A stretch of 64,000 nucleotides of DNA from an uncultured Eubacteriales bacterium. GTDB lineage: Bacteria > Bacillota > Clostridia > Oscillospirales > CAG-272. The notes beneath the pieces are model-generated. The model saw only the letters and a list, made by a program, of their open reading frames with translations. It did not search any database and was not told the origin of the DNA. The stretch covers positions 25,082 through 89,081 of the forward strand of contig CAKRQL010000013.1 in assembly GCA_934393265.1 (NCBI GenBank), read 5' to 3'. The translations under genes were made by a program, and so were the position numbers. Positions 11,507 to 21,606 of the stretch are shown here, one piece after another (position 1 is the first letter of the stretch; every line of letters begins with the position of its first letter).

Positions 11507-12817
11507 TTACTCCTCGGAGGTTATCATCTTGTATACGAGCGGTATGTGCCCGGGTGCTGAGTCGCCTATCGTCACGGCGGCGAGATATTCCGCCTCCGCG
11601 GCGGAGAGCCGACCTTCATCCGAGGTAAAGAGCACCGCGAGAGTGTCACCCGCAGCGACCGAATCACCGCGCTTTTTCTCTATGCTTATCCCGGCTGTGA
11701 GGTCTATTGCGTCCTCTTTCCTTGCCCGCCCTGCGCCGAGCGTCACGCCGGTGAGCCCTATGCGCTCCGTGTCCATATGCGTTATGTACCCACCGCGCGC
11801 GGCTTTAACCTCGCGCCGGTATTTTGCCACGGGAAATTTCTCCGGGTGGGTGCAGAGCGTCGCGTCGCCCCCCTGCGCCTCTATCCATTCGCAGAACTTG
11901 CGGTACGCCGCCCCGCTTGCGAGCGTCTCCTCCGCCTTATCTCTCGCTTCCTCAGCCGTGAGACCGAGTGCTAAGTGGAGCATCGCGGCGGAGAGGGACA
12001 GGCACACCTCGCATAGGTCGGGCTCGCCCTCCCCGCGGAGCGTCGCTATCGCTTCCCTGACCTCGGAAATGTTACCGACCGCCTTGCCGAGCGGGATGTC
12101 CATGTCGGTTATCAGTGCCGCGACCCTCCGTCCGCACAGCTTGCCTATCCGGACCATCGAGCGGGCGAGCCGCTCGGCGTCCTCCGGCGTTTTCATGAAT
12201 GAGCCGGAGCCGCATTTTACGTCGAGTACTATTGAATGTGTCCCCGCGGCGAGCTTTTTGCTCATTATCGAGGAGGTGATAAGGGGGACGGAGTCGACGG
12301 TAGCCGTCACGTCGCGCAGGGCATATATCTTTTTGTCTGCCGGGGCGAGGTTCCCGCTCTGACCGATTACCGAAATTCCTATCCTGCGCACCTGCGCCAT
12401 GAATTCCTCCGGTGGGAGGGAGGTGCGGTACCCGGGGAAAGACTCGAGCTTGTCGACCGTGCCGCCCGTGTGTCCGAGCCCGCGGCCGCTCATCTTCGCG
12501 ACCTTCGCGCCCGCCGCCGCGACGATAGGCGCGACAATCATTGTGGTCTTGTCTCCGACCCCGCCTGTCGAATGCTTGTCGACAGAGAGAGTGCCGAACT
12601 CAGAGAGGTCGAGCATCTCACCGGAGCGGGACATCGCGTCCGTGAGCGTTGCGGTCTCCCGGTCGCTCATGTCGCAAAGGCATATAGCCATAAGCAGGGC
12701 AGACGCCTGATAGTCGGGTATCTCCCCTCTTGTGTAGCCGTCAACGAAGAAACGGATTTCACCGTCGGTGAGCTCCTCGCCGTGCTTTTTCTTCGTTATA
12801 ATATCATACATTCTCAT
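11507..12817 (-). CDS. pdp: Pyrimidine-nucleoside (thymidine) phosphorylase
   Basis: 436 aa. Motifs DKHSTGGVGDKT and SGRGLGHTGGT.DKLE. Confidence 0.95.
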   Translation of the reverse strand: MRMYDIITKKKHGEELTDGEIRFFVDGYTRGEIPDYQASALLMAICLCDMSDRETATLTDAMSRSGEMLDLSEFGTLSVDKHSTGGVGDKTTMIVAPIVAAAGAKVAKMSGRGLGHTGGTVDKLESFPGYRTSLPPEEFMAQVRRIGISVIGQSGNLAPADKKIYALRDVTATVDSVPLITSSIMSKKLAAGTHSIVLDVKCGSGSFMKTPEDAERLARSMVRIGKLCGRRVAALITDMDIPLGKAVGNISEVREAIATLRGEGEPDLCEVCLSLSAAMLHLALGLTAEEARDKAEETLASGAAYRKFCEWIEAQGGDATLCTHPEKFPVAKYRREVKAARGGYITHMDTERIGLTGVTLGAGRARKEDAIDLTAGISIEKKRGDSVAAGDTLAVLFTSDEGRLSAAEAEYLAAVTIGDSAPGHIPLVYKMITSEE

Positions 12818-13238
12818 TTTTGCCGTCCATGAATTCCTTTCCGAAATTTGCGGGGAGCAGGTCCCCGAGGGTGTAGACCTGCGTCTTTCCCTCTGCCGCC
12901 ATTACGATTTTGAAGTCCTCATCACAGAATTCCGCCATGACCTGACGGCAGACGCCGCAGGGAGGGAAGAAGTCCTTCGGTGCGCCGCTCTCCGCGCCGC
13001 CCGCGACGGCAACGGCGGCAAAGTCGCGCTCCCCGTCGTTTACCGCCTTGAAAAAGGCGACCCGCTCCGCGCACACCGTGGGGGTGTACGCCGCGTTTTC
13101 AATATTGGCACCCGTGTAGATTCTGCCGTCGCGGCAGAGGAGCGCCGCCCCGACGCGAAAGCCGGAGTAGGGCGAGTAGGATTTTTCCCGCGCCGAGATC
13201 GCTAGATCGGCGAGCGCGCGGATGTCGCTGTCCTGCAT
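12804..13238 (-). CDS. cdd: Cytidine deaminase
   Basis: 144 aa. Zinc motifs CAER and PCGVCRQ. Confidence 0.95.
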   Translation of the reverse strand: MQDSDIRALADLAISAREKSYSPYSGFRVGAALLCRDGRIYTGANIENAAYTPTVCAERVAFFKAVNDGERDFAAVAVAGGAESGAPKDFFPPCGVCRQVMAEFCDEDFKIVMAAEGKTQVYTLGDLLPANFGKEFMDGKNENV

Positions 13239-13319
13239 ATCAGCTCTCCTTTCGGAAAATATTTCTCTTGCCGACAGATAAGACTACGTAAAGCCTGTCT
13301 TACCTAAAAGAGGTTTGGT

Positions 13320-14489
13320 TTATTTGAGTATCAGCCGTGCGAACGAACAGCCGGGCACGGGCAGATACGGTACGCCGAGCAGCTCGCACACCGTCGCCCC
13401 GATGTCGGAAAATCCGGTGCGCGTGCCTATGTTCACAGCCCTTATCCGCTCGCCCATTGCTATCATCGGGATGTACTCGCGCGTGTGGTCGGTAGAGTCG
13501 TCCCCAGGGTCACAGCCGTGGTCGGCGCAGATTATCAGCGCGTCGTCCGGGCGCATCCCCGCGCGGAAGTACGGGAGCCAGGTGTCAAAGCGGGTGAGCG
13601 CCGCGGCATATCCGTCGACGTCCTGCCTGTGACCGTAGAGCATGTCGAAATCGACAAGGTTCGTGAACGCGAGCCCGTGAAAGTCCTCGTCGAGGAGCGA
13701 GAGGGTGACCTCCATTCCCTCGGCGTTCGAGTGAGTGAATATCGAGCGGGTAATTCCTTTACCGGCATATATGTCGGTTATCTTTCCGACGGCAATCACG
13801 TCGCCGCCCGCCGCCTTGACAGAGTCGAGCATGGTTACCCCCGTCGGCTCAAGAGAGAAGTCGTGGCGGTTTGCCGTCCTTGTAAAATTGCCGGGCGTCC
13901 CGATGAACGGGCGGGCAATAACTCTGCCGACGGCGTTCTCCCCGGTGAGGAGACGGCGCGCTATGCGGCAGTAATTGTACAGCTCCTCCGGCGGCACGAG
14001 CTCCTCGTGCGCCGCTATCTGAAAGACGCTGTCCGCAGAGGTGTAGACTATCAGCTTTCCGGTCCTCATGTGCTCCTCGCCGTAGTCGCGTATGACGTCG
14101 GTGCCGGAGTAGGGCAGATTGCAGAGCACCCCGCGCCCGCATTCGCGTGAGAATTCCTCAAGAAGAGACTGCGGGAAGCCGTGCGGATAGGTGGGGAACG
14201 GACGCTCCGAAACAATGCCCGCTATCTCCCAGTGACCGACCGTCGTGTCCTTCCCGCGCGACATCTCGCGCAGTCTGCCGACGGCGGCATACCCGCCGTC
14301 ATCCGGCGTTTGCAGATAGTCCACGCCGTCCATTCTTCCGATACCCGCGGATATGAGGTTCGGTATGTCGAATTTGTCTGAGCCGCTTATTCTCTTCAAG
14401 GTATTGGCACCCACGTCGCCGAAGTCCCCGGCGTCCGGCTCGTATCCGACGCCGAGCGAGTCAAGTACTATAAGAAATACCCTTTTCAT
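13320..14489 (-). CDS. deoB: Phosphopentomutase
   Basis: 389 aa. Starts MKRVFLIVLDS.G.G, with GKD...GHWE and DHG.DP motifs. Confidence 0.95.
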   Translation of the reverse strand: MKRVFLIVLDSLGVGYEPDAGDFGDVGANTLKRISGSDKFDIPNLISAGIGRMDGVDYLQTPDDGGYAAVGRLREMSRGKDTTVGHWEIAGIVSERPFPTYPHGFPQSLLEEFSRECGRGVLCNLPYSGTDVIRDYGEEHMRTGKLIVYTSADSVFQIAAHEELVPPEELYNYCRIARRLLTGENAVGRVIARPFIGTPGNFTRTANRHDFSLEPTGVTMLDSVKAAGGDVIAVGKITDIYAGKGITRSIFTHSNAEGMEVTLSLLDEDFHGLAFTNLVDFDMLYGHRQDVDGYAAALTRFDTWLPYFRAGMRPDDALIICADHGCDPGDDSTDHTREYIPMIAMGERIRAVNIGTRTGFSDIGATVCELLGVPYLPVPGCSFARLILK

Positions 14490-14581
14490 GTATCAAAGCC
14501 TCTGCTTTCCGCCTTGCGGCAGGTTTCGGTTTTCCCGTCTTTCCCGCCACATGACAACATATGTTTGCATTTTGCGCCGTA

Positions 14582-15310
14582 TCAGAGCTTTTCCGCTCTT
14601 ACGGCTACCTCGAGCGCAACCTTCATCATATCGGTAAAGGAGTTCTGCCGCGCGTCGGAGTCCAGCGCCTCTCCCGTCAGAATATGGTCTGAGATCGTGC
14701 ATATCGCGAGTGCGCGGCCGCCGAGGTATGCCGCGTTCATGTAGAGTGCCGCCGCCTCCATCTCGACCGCGAGTGTGCCGAGCTTTATCCACTTGTTGTT
14801 GAACTCCGGGTCCGCGTTGTAGAATACGTCCGAGGAGAGGAGATTTCCGACCTCGTAATGGACGCCGAGCCTTCCTGCCTCCTCCGCCGCCGCGGAGAGG
14901 AGCGACCAGTCGGCAATGGGGGCAAAGCTGCCGTCCACGCCGTACTGCGACTGGAAGTTAGAGTTCGTGCATGCTCCCATGCCGAGCACGAGGTCGCGCA
15001 CCTTTATCTTCATTGAGAGTGCCCCGGCAGAGCCGACGCGGATGATGTTCTTCACCCCGAAGAATTTGTAGAGCTCGTATGAGTAGATGCCTATCGACGG
15101 CATACCCATTCCGCTCGCCATGACCGAGACGCGCACGCCCTTGTAGTCTCCGGTATAGCCCTGAACGCCGCGGACGTTGTTCACGAGCACGGGGTTTTCG
15201 AGGAAATTCTCCGCTATGAATTTTGAGCGGAGCGGGTCCCCGGGCATGAGCACCGTTTTGCCGAAGTCTCCGGGGGCTGCCTTTATGTGAGGGGTATACG
15301 TGTTTGCCAT
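14582..15310 (-). CDS. deoD: Purine nucleoside phosphorylase (DeoD type)
   Basis: The PNP-like sequence starts at MANTYTPHIKA.. (ATG 15310, RBS AAGGAGA). The first 117 codons of the tracked ORF overlap deoC in another frame and are not PNP-like. Confidence 0.92.
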   Translation of the reverse strand: MANTYTPHIKAAPGDFGKTVLMPGDPLRSKFIAENFLENPVLVNNVRGVQGYTGDYKGVRVSVMASGMGMPSIGIYSYELYKFFGVKNIIRVGSAGALSMKIKVRDLVLGMGACTNSNFQSQYGVDGSFAPIADWSLLSAAAEEAGRLGVHYEVGNLLSSDVFYNADPEFNNKWIKLGTLAVEMEAAALYMNAAYLGGRALAICTISDHILTGEALDSDARQNSFTDMMKVALEVAVRAEKL

Positions 15311-15342
15311 TTTCTTTTTCTCCTTGTCACAGTCGTTTTTTA

Positions 15343-16011
15343 TTAGTATCCGGTTATGTCTTTCATGCCCTTGACGAGCTTCACTATCCTGCTGGTTCCG
15401 AGCCGCGCGGCGCCGAGCTTGATAAAATTCTCCGCGTCGGATATGGTGGCTATTCCGCCCGCCGCCTTTATCTTCACCCGCGGGTCGACATTCTCGGCGA
15501 AGAGCCCGATGTCGTGTGCCGTCGCCCCCCCGGTGGAAAATCCGGTCGAGGTCTTTATAAAGTCTGCGGAGGACTCGGATATGATTTCGCACATCCTTAT
15601 CTTCTCCTCGTCGGTAAGCAGGCAGGTCTCGATTATTACCTTGAGTATCCTCCCGGAGCACGCGCCCTTGACGCGGTTTATCTCGTCGAGTATCTCGTCG
15701 TATTTTCCGTCCTTGAGGTCGCCGAGGTTTATTACCATGTCGATTTCGTCTGCTCCCCGGGCTACGGCGTCCGCCGCCTCGAACACCTTTGTCGCCGTGG
15801 TGGAATACCCGTTCGGAAAGCCTATGACGGTGCAGATTTTCACCCGTCCCGCCGCATATTCCGCCGCCCTCCCGACGTATGAGGGGGGTATGCAGACAGA
15901 CGCCGTGCGGTACTTGATTCCGTCATCGATGATTCTCCGTATGTCCTCCCATGTCGCTGTGGGTGAGAGGAGGGTGTGGTCGCATTTTGAGAGTATCTCG
16001 CGTATGTCCAT
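15343..16011 (-). CDS. deoC: Deoxyribose-phosphate aldolase
   Basis: 222 aa. DHTLL, the active-site region FIKTSTGF, and KAAGGI. Confidence 0.95.
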   Translation of the reverse strand: MDIREILSKCDHTLLSPTATWEDIRRIIDDGIKYRTASVCIPPSYVGRAAEYAAGRVKICTVIGFPNGYSTTATKVFEAADAVARGADEIDMVINLGDLKDGKYDEILDEINRVKGACSGRILKVIIETCLLTDEEKIRMCEIISESSADFIKTSTGFSTGGATAHDIGLFAENVDPRVKIKAAGGIATISDAENFIKLGAARLGTSRIVKLVKGMKDITGY

Positions 16012-16619
16012 TATTTTTTCCGCCTTTCGTATTTCTTGTTTTCGCGCTCTGCGCGTATTCTTTCAATCCAGCATTTATGGCACATCGCTATGTACCTGTC
16101 ATTACCGCCGAGGCAGACCTGATCTCCCGAGGTGAGGATCCGTCCCGTCCCGTCGATACGGGCGTTTACCGTCGCCTTAGCCCCGCATTCGCATATCGTT
16201 TTTATCTCGGAGACCGAGTCCGCGACCTCAAAGAGTCTCCGGCTCCCGGGGAAGAGATGGGTCAGAAAGTCGGTGCGTAGCCCGAAGAGCAGCACCGGGC
16301 GGTCAAAGTCGTTGACAATCATGCGGAAGCCGTCGATCTGCTCCGGAGTGAAAAACTGACATTCGTCCCCGATAATAACGTCGGCGTCACCGTGCTCCCG
16401 TCTGAAAAGCCCGTATATGTCACATTCCGGCGGTATCACCGTGCATACGGCGGAGAGACCTATGCGGGATTTTATTGTGTCGATGCCGTCGCGCGTGTCG
16501 GTCTCGGGCTTGACGAGCCAGACGCGCATCCCCCGCTCCTCGTAGTTGAACCTTGTTATGAGCGCCTGCGCCGTCTTTGACGAGCCCATGGCGCCGTACT
16601 TGAAATACAGCTTAGCCAT
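16011..16619 (-). CDS. tdk: Thymidine kinase
   Basis: 202 aa. P-loop GAMGSSKT and the C-terminal zinc-site Cys pairs (CECG ... CHKC). Confidence 0.95.
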   Translation of the reverse strand: MAKLYFKYGAMGSSKTAQALITRFNYEERGMRVWLVKPETDTRDGIDTIKSRIGLSAVCTVIPPECDIYGLFRREHGDADVIIGDECQFFTPEQIDGFRMIVNDFDRPVLLFGLRTDFLTHLFPGSRRLFEVADSVSEIKTICECGAKATVNARIDGTGRILTSGDQVCLGGNDRYIAMCHKCWIERIRAERENKKYERRKK

Positions 16620-16838
16620 ATAAACCTCATTTTCACATGTTCTTACAATAGTATACCACGCGCGGAAAGAAAAAGAAAGAGAAGATTAAAAATTTGTCGT
16701 ACCTGTCACTTGATTTGTACAATATGCCCAAAATTTTCTTTTCCGGTGGAATTTTCGGAAAATCTGTGTTACAATTATTTTCGGATTGTAAGTGGAGAAC
16801 CGCGCCCGGTGCAGCCGGGAGGAAACGGAGGGGTGAAA

Positions 16839-19088
16839 ATGAAGCTCATAATAGCCGAGAAGCCGAGCCTCGCGAGGAATATCGTCGCCGGCATCGGGAA
16901 AATGGAAAAAAAGAACGGTTATTTCATAAACGACGAGTATATAGTCAGCTGGGCGTTCGGTCACCTCTTTTCGCTCGCGGATATAGAGTATTACGCCCCG
17001 CCGAAGAACGGGCGGGCGCGCTGGACGCTCGAGAATCTGCCGTGCTTTCCGGAGAGGTTCCACTTTGAGTTGAAAAAGGACGCGGCGAGCCATGAGACGG
17101 ACCCGGGGGTAAAGCGGCAGTTTGACCTGCTCACCTCCCTCTGCAAAAGAAAGGACGTCGACACGGTGGTAAACGCGGGGGACGCTGACCGCGAGGGAGA
17201 AATTATAGTCCGCCTCTGCGTAAGCAACGCCCTCGGAGAGGAGAAGAAGAAATTCCTCCGTCTCTGGCTCCCGGACCAGACGCCGGAGACCGTGCGCTCC
17301 GCCCTCTCGGAGATGAGGGGCGAGGAGGAGTACGAGAACTTAGCGTCCGAGGGCTTTGCGAGAACCTATATAGACTGGCTCTACGGCGTGAACCTTACAA
17401 GATACGCAACGATAAGAACCGGAAAGCTTCTGCGCGTCGGGCGCGTCATAGTCCCGATAGTCAGGGCGATATACGAGCGCGACCTTGAAATACGCAATTT
17501 CGTGCCCGATACCTACTTTGTTATTCAGTCGGCTGAAAAGACGAACGGCGAGCTTGTCGAGCTCGTCAGCAAGAATAAATTCGCAAAGGACGAGCGGGAT
17601 AAGGCGCAGGCTATGGCTGACCTCTATAACCGCACCGGCGCCGTCGTCACCGATGTGAAGAGCAAGACGGATATAATCCGCCCGGGGAAGCTTTACTCGC
17701 TTTCCACTCTTCAGAATGTCCTCGGAAAAAAATACAAAATGTCAATGAAGGAGTCGCTTGAGATAATACAGCGGCTCTATGAGAACGGGTATCTCACCTA
17801 TCCGAGAACGAACTCGGAGTATCTTGCGACCGCCGAAAAGGATAAGGTCCGCGCCATACTCTCGGGTGTTTCAAAGCTCGGGTATCCCGTCCGCTTCCGT
17901 GACTCGAAATACATCTTCGACGACTCGAAAATAGAGTCACATTCCGCGCTCACACCGACCTATAAAATACCCGGTAAGGATAAGCTCACCGAGCGGGAAA
18001 ATCAGGTATATTCAACCGTGTTCCGCCGATTTGTCGCGGTTTTCTGCTCGGAGGAGTGTGTAGCCGAGCGGAGCGAGATAAACATCGCCGTCGGCGACCT
18101 TGAGACCTTTACCCTTAAGGGCACCGTGATACAGCAGCCCGGATGGACGAAGTACGACGACTACGGTCAGAAGGATAAAATACTTCCGAAGCTCGCAGTA
18201 GGCGAGGTTGTGAATATAAGCTTTGCCCCGGCGGAAAAGCAGACCGTCCCGCCGAAGCACTATACGATAGAGACCCTCAACAATTACCTGAAAAATCCCT
18301 TCAAGGAGGATAAGGCAAAGGCAAAGGAGCTTGAGGAGTCCGGTGAGGTCGACGACGCCGAGGATTATAAGGCGGTGTTCGAGGGGCTCGAGCTCGGGAC
18401 GGAGGCGACGAGGACGGGAATAATCGACAACGCGAAGAAGAGCGGCTATATAGACCTCAAAAAGGACGTCTATACCATAATGAGCGGCGGCGAATTCCTG
18501 ATAAATTCGCTGACGGAGCTCGGCATCACAATGGATAAATACAAGACCGCAGAGCTCGGAAAGGCACTTAAAAAGGTTTATCACGGAGAGATGAGCATAG
18601 ACGACTCGGTGAAGCTTGCCGAGAGCGAAATCTCCGATATATTCAAGGCGGGAGAGGGAGTTACGAGCCTTATTCTTCAGGCTGACCCGGAGCCCACCGG
18701 GGGAGTATACGGAGAAAATGTCGGAAAATGCCCACTCTGCGGCTCGCCCGTCGTCCGCGGTAAAAAATCCTACGGCTGCATGGGCTATAAGGACGGCTGT
18801 ACCTTCAAGAGCGGGATAGTCATCTGCAAGAGGGAGATAACCTCCGACGAAATGCGCACACTCCTTGAGCGCGGGACAACGAGGACGCTCTACGGCTTCA
18901 TATCGCAAAAGGGAAAGAAATTTTCGGCAAAGCTCGTGCTCCGGGACGGGAATGTGGTCTTTGACTTCGCGGCAAAGCCGGCGGAGAAGCCCGGGGAAAA
19001 GCCGGCTGAAAAATCCGCCGCAAAAGCGACGGCAAAGGCAAAGACGCCGGTAAAGCGGGGCACAAGGGCGGCAAAGCCCGAAGAATAA
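16839..19088 (+). CDS. topB: DNA topoisomerase III (type IA) with C-terminal zinc ribbon and Lys/Ala/Pro-rich tail
   Basis: The Toprim start MKLIIAEKPS.A is at ATG 16839, after a GGAAACGGAGGGG RBS. It has DADREGE, the active-site LYENGYLTYPRT segment and CPLCGS...GC..YKDGC. Confidence 0.93.
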   Translation: MKLIIAEKPSLARNIVAGIGKMEKKNGYFINDEYIVSWAFGHLFSLADIEYYAPPKNGRARWTLENLPCFPERFHFELKKDAASHETDPGVKRQFDLLTSLCKRKDVDTVVNAGDADREGEIIVRLCVSNALGEEKKKFLRLWLPDQTPETVRSALSEMRGEEEYENLASEGFARTYIDWLYGVNLTRYATIRTGKLLRVGRVIVPIVRAIYERDLEIRNFVPDTYFVIQSAEKTNGELVELVSKNKFAKDERDKAQAMADLYNRTGAVVTDVKSKTDIIRPGKLYSLSTLQNVLGKKYKMSMKESLEIIQRLYENGYLTYPRTNSEYLATAEKDKVRAILSGVSKLGYPVRFRDSKYIFDDSKIESHSALTPTYKIPGKDKLTERENQVYSTVFRRFVAVFCSEECVAERSEINIAVGDLETFTLKGTVIQQPGWTKYDDYGQKDKILPKLAVGEVVNISFAPAEKQTVPPKHYTIETLNNYLKNPFKEDKAKAKELEESGEVDDAEDYKAVFEGLELGTEATRTGIIDNAKKSGYIDLKKDVYTIMSGGEFLINSLTELGITMDKYKTAELGKALKKVYHGEMSIDDSVKLAESEISDIFKAGEGVTSLILQADPEPTGGVYGENVGKCPLCGSPVVRGKKSYGCMGYKDGCTFKSGIVICKREITSDEMRTLLERGTTRTLYGFISQKGKKFSAKLVLRDGNVVFDFAAKPAEKPGEKPAEKSAAKATAKAKTPVKRGTRAAKPEE

Positions 19089-19182
19089 CGGGCGAAGGAC
19101 TATATGCAGAACACAATCCGGTAAAGACGCATAGTATGTAAATGGGTGCGGAAAGCACCCGAAAAACTCCCGGAGGAAACAT

Positions 19183-19278
19183 ATGAATAACTGTCTCTGC
19201 CGTATATTCGACGATAACTCCACGTGGCTCATCGTGGTTGCGTGCATCCTTGTGTTCTGTTGCTGCTGCAATAACTGA
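19183..19278 (+). CDS. Small Cys-rich hydrophobic peptide (31 aa), not in the ORF track
   Basis: ATG 6 nt after GGAGGA. Translation is MNNCLCRIFDDNSTWLIVVACILVFCCCCNN. It is followed by the terminator at 19308-19340. Confidence 0.55.
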   Translation: MNNCLCRIFDDNSTWLIVVACILVFCCCCNN

Positions 19279-19307
19279 CACTGACCTCAGCTGACATCCT
19301 TTTTCTT

Positions 19308-19340
19308 GGGGCGGGGCGCGCTTGCGTCCCGCCCCGTTTT
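19308..19340 (+). terminator. Rho-independent terminator
   Basis: GGGGCGGGG...CCCCGCCCC stem followed by GTTTTCCC. Confidence 0.6.
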
Positions 19341-19436
19341 CCCGTCGGACGGGAAAATCCCCGAGAATTTTCCGCATATTGCCACCGGAACATGAATAGA
19401 TTTTGGTAGGACAATTATATGCCGGAGGGTTTTATC

Positions 19437-19928
19437 ATGTTCATTTGTTCCGTCAGGGCGTCGACCGTAAGATTTTTTGCCGTAATAGCGCTGACCGTCG
19501 CCGTCACCGTCGCCCTTCTGATAGCCTGGGGCGAGAGATCGGTTTTCACCTCTGTGAGCGTCGGCGGGCGCACGGAGTTCCGGGGCGGGAGCGAGGAGGA
19601 GCGGCAGAAATTCCTTTCCTCTTTCGGTATTCTTACCGACGGTGCGCCGAGTGAGAGCGTTACATTCACCGTCCCGGAGGACTTTGACCTTGTGCTGAAC
19701 GGCTATAACGAGATACAGAAGGCGCAGGGGCTTGACATCGGGAAGTACAAAAAGAAAAAGGTCACGAGGTATACATACCTTGTGAAAAATGCAAAGGACG
19801 AGGCAGGGGAGACATACGCGGATATAATAGTCTGGCGCGGGTATATAATCGCGGCAGATATAACCCCCGCAGATCCCGCGGGAGAGGTTCTCCCGATGAC
19901 GGAGTTTGCCGCCAGACTCGCAAAATAA
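19437..19928 (+). CDS. DUF4830-like membrane-anchored protein
   Basis: N-terminal TM helix, then FL..FGI........V.VP..FD.V...YN..Q...G.D, a pattern I recognise as DUF4830. The second ATG (19437) has a GGAGGG RBS. Confidence 0.7.
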   Translation: MFICSVRASTVRFFAVIALTVAVTVALLIAWGERSVFTSVSVGGRTEFRGGSEEERQKFLSSFGILTDGAPSESVTFTVPEDFDLVLNGYNEIQKAQGLDIGKYKKKKVTRYTYLVKNAKDEAGETYADIIVWRGYIIAADITPADPAGEVLPMTEFAARLAK

Positions 19929-20016
19929 ACAGACCGATAAACAGATGAAAATAATACACGGGGTGCCTCTGTCAGGCACCCCGTGTACGGTTTATACAGA
20001 GAAAATTCAAGAAAAG

Positions 20017-21471
20017 CTATGCGTTTTTCTTTGCCTCTGCGGCTCCCCCGTCCGTGTAGACGTTGATTTTTCTGAAGCCGACGACCTTGTAATATATGAG
20101 CGTCAGCGCACAGCAGGTCATCCACCCTACGGGGTAGCCAAAGGCTATCGGGAAGAAGTCGTTTGATATGAAGCTCGACATCACGAAGAGGTATATCTGC
20201 CGCACGACGACAAAAGAGGTGAGCATTATCACCATCGGCGCCCGCGTGTTTCCCGCGCCGCGGAGCGCGGCGGCGAACACCTGGTTTACCGAGGAGCAGA
20301 GATAGAACGGAGTTATGAAGTGGAGGAGCATTGTCGCGTGCTCCACGACGTCGGGGTCGGAGTTGAATATCGCGGCTATCCCGGGGGCAAATATCATTAT
20401 CGGCGCCATAATCATGAGAGAGCCGACGGTGGACATCAGATAGGCTACGTACGTCCCCCTCTTCGCCCGCTTTATATCCCCCTTGCCGAGATTCTGACCG
20501 ACGAAGGTCGTTGCTGCGAGGGCTATCGACTGTATTGGCAGGAATATGAACTGGTCTATCTTTGAATAGGTTGTCCAGCCGGCGAGCGCGGCGGTCTTGT
20601 CGGAGCTTACGTTGCTGATGTAGGACTGGACGAATACGTTTGAAAACGCCGTTATCGCGAGCTGTATTGCCGCCGGAATACCGAGCCTTATAATGCTTCC
20701 GAGCATCCCGCGGTTTATACGCAGCCGCTTTATCTCTATCCGTATCGCCCCGCGTGAGCGGAGGAGGGAAATGACCGTCAGAACGGCAGAGGCTGCCTGC
20801 GCTATAATAGTTGCGTATGCTACGCCTGCGACACCCATATTGAACTTGAAAACGAAGAGCAGGTCAAGGAGCGTGTTTGTGACAGCCGAGACGACGAGAT
20901 AGTAGAACGGGCGCGCCGAGTCGCCGACAGCGCGCATTATCCCCGCGCCCATGTTGTATATCATGAGCCCGGATATTCCGGCAAAGTAGATCATAAGATA
21001 GGTGTATGCGTGCGGATAAACTCCGTCGCCGCCCCCGTCGGCATGGAGCATGAGCCGGAGCATCAGGGGCGTTGTAAGGAGCCCGAGGGCGGTAAAGACG
21101 ACGCAGAGAATAAGCGTCATTGTCATCGCCGTGTGCGCCGCGCACCTGACCTCCTCCTCCCGTCCCGCGCCGTAGTTCTGCGAGATTATTACTCCCGCCC
21201 CGCTCGCAAGACCGGAGAAAAAGCCTATCAATACATTTATTATCGGGGCAACGCTGCCGACGGCGGCGTATGCCTCCGTGTTCCCCGTCTGCCCGATGAC
21301 CCATGTGTCGACCATGTTGTAGAGCTGCTGGAAAAGGTTTCCGAGCAGGAGCGGCAGGGCAAAGATTATTATGCTTTTTACTATGCTCCCCTCGGTCATG
21401 TCGACGTTTGCGCGCCCGAGGGAAAAACGCTTTTCTTTTGTTCCGGTAATCATTCCTGAAAAACACTCCAT
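20017..21471 (-). CDS. MATE family efflux transporter
   Basis: About 12 TM segments. N-terminal DMTEGSI.K....FALPLLLGNLFQQLYN..D signature. Confidence 0.9.
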   Translation of the reverse strand: MECFSGMITGTKEKRFSLGRANVDMTEGSIVKSIIIFALPLLLGNLFQQLYNMVDTWVIGQTGNTEAYAAVGSVAPIINVLIGFFSGLASGAGVIISQNYGAGREEEVRCAAHTAMTMTLILCVVFTALGLLTTPLMLRLMLHADGGGDGVYPHAYTYLMIYFAGISGLMIYNMGAGIMRAVGDSARPFYYLVVSAVTNTLLDLLFVFKFNMGVAGVAYATIIAQAASAVLTVISLLRSRGAIRIEIKRLRINRGMLGSIIRLGIPAAIQLAITAFSNVFVQSYISNVSSDKTAALAGWTTYSKIDQFIFLPIQSIALAATTFVGQNLGKGDIKRAKRGTYVAYLMSTVGSLMIMAPIMIFAPGIAAIFNSDPDVVEHATMLLHFITPFYLCSSVNQVFAAALRGAGNTRAPMVIMLTSFVVVRQIYLFVMSSFISNDFFPIAFGYPVGWMTCCALTLIYYKVVGFRKINVYTDGGAAEAKKNA

Positions 21472-21606
21472 TCACCACTATTGTAACACAAAAGTGCGCC
21501 TCTAACAATACCGAAAACAAAAAAAATGTTGCTTTTATCTTTGATATAGTGTATCATAAAGTCAACAACCAATTATAAACCCCACGAAAAATGAAAGGAG
21601 AAGAGC

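Noticed and set aside
15311-15661. 117-codon N-terminal extension of the deoD ORF in the track.
   Set aside because: The extension overlaps deoC in another frame and is Arg/Gly-rich with no PNP similarity. The conserved PNP sequence begins at the internal ATG 15310, which has an AAGGAGA RBS.
18012-19271. 419-aa minus-strand ORF antisense to topB. Similar long antisense ORFs occur at 60785-62035, 29220-30326, 24783-25586, 39208-40005, 11394-12362, 35782-36588, 40566-41303 and 47624-48043.
   Set aside because: Each lies entirely inside, and antisense to, a gene with unmistakable conserved motifs. Their translations are Arg/Gly/Pro/Leu-rich low-complexity sequence without motifs, which is typical of stop-poor shadow frames in GC-rich DNA.
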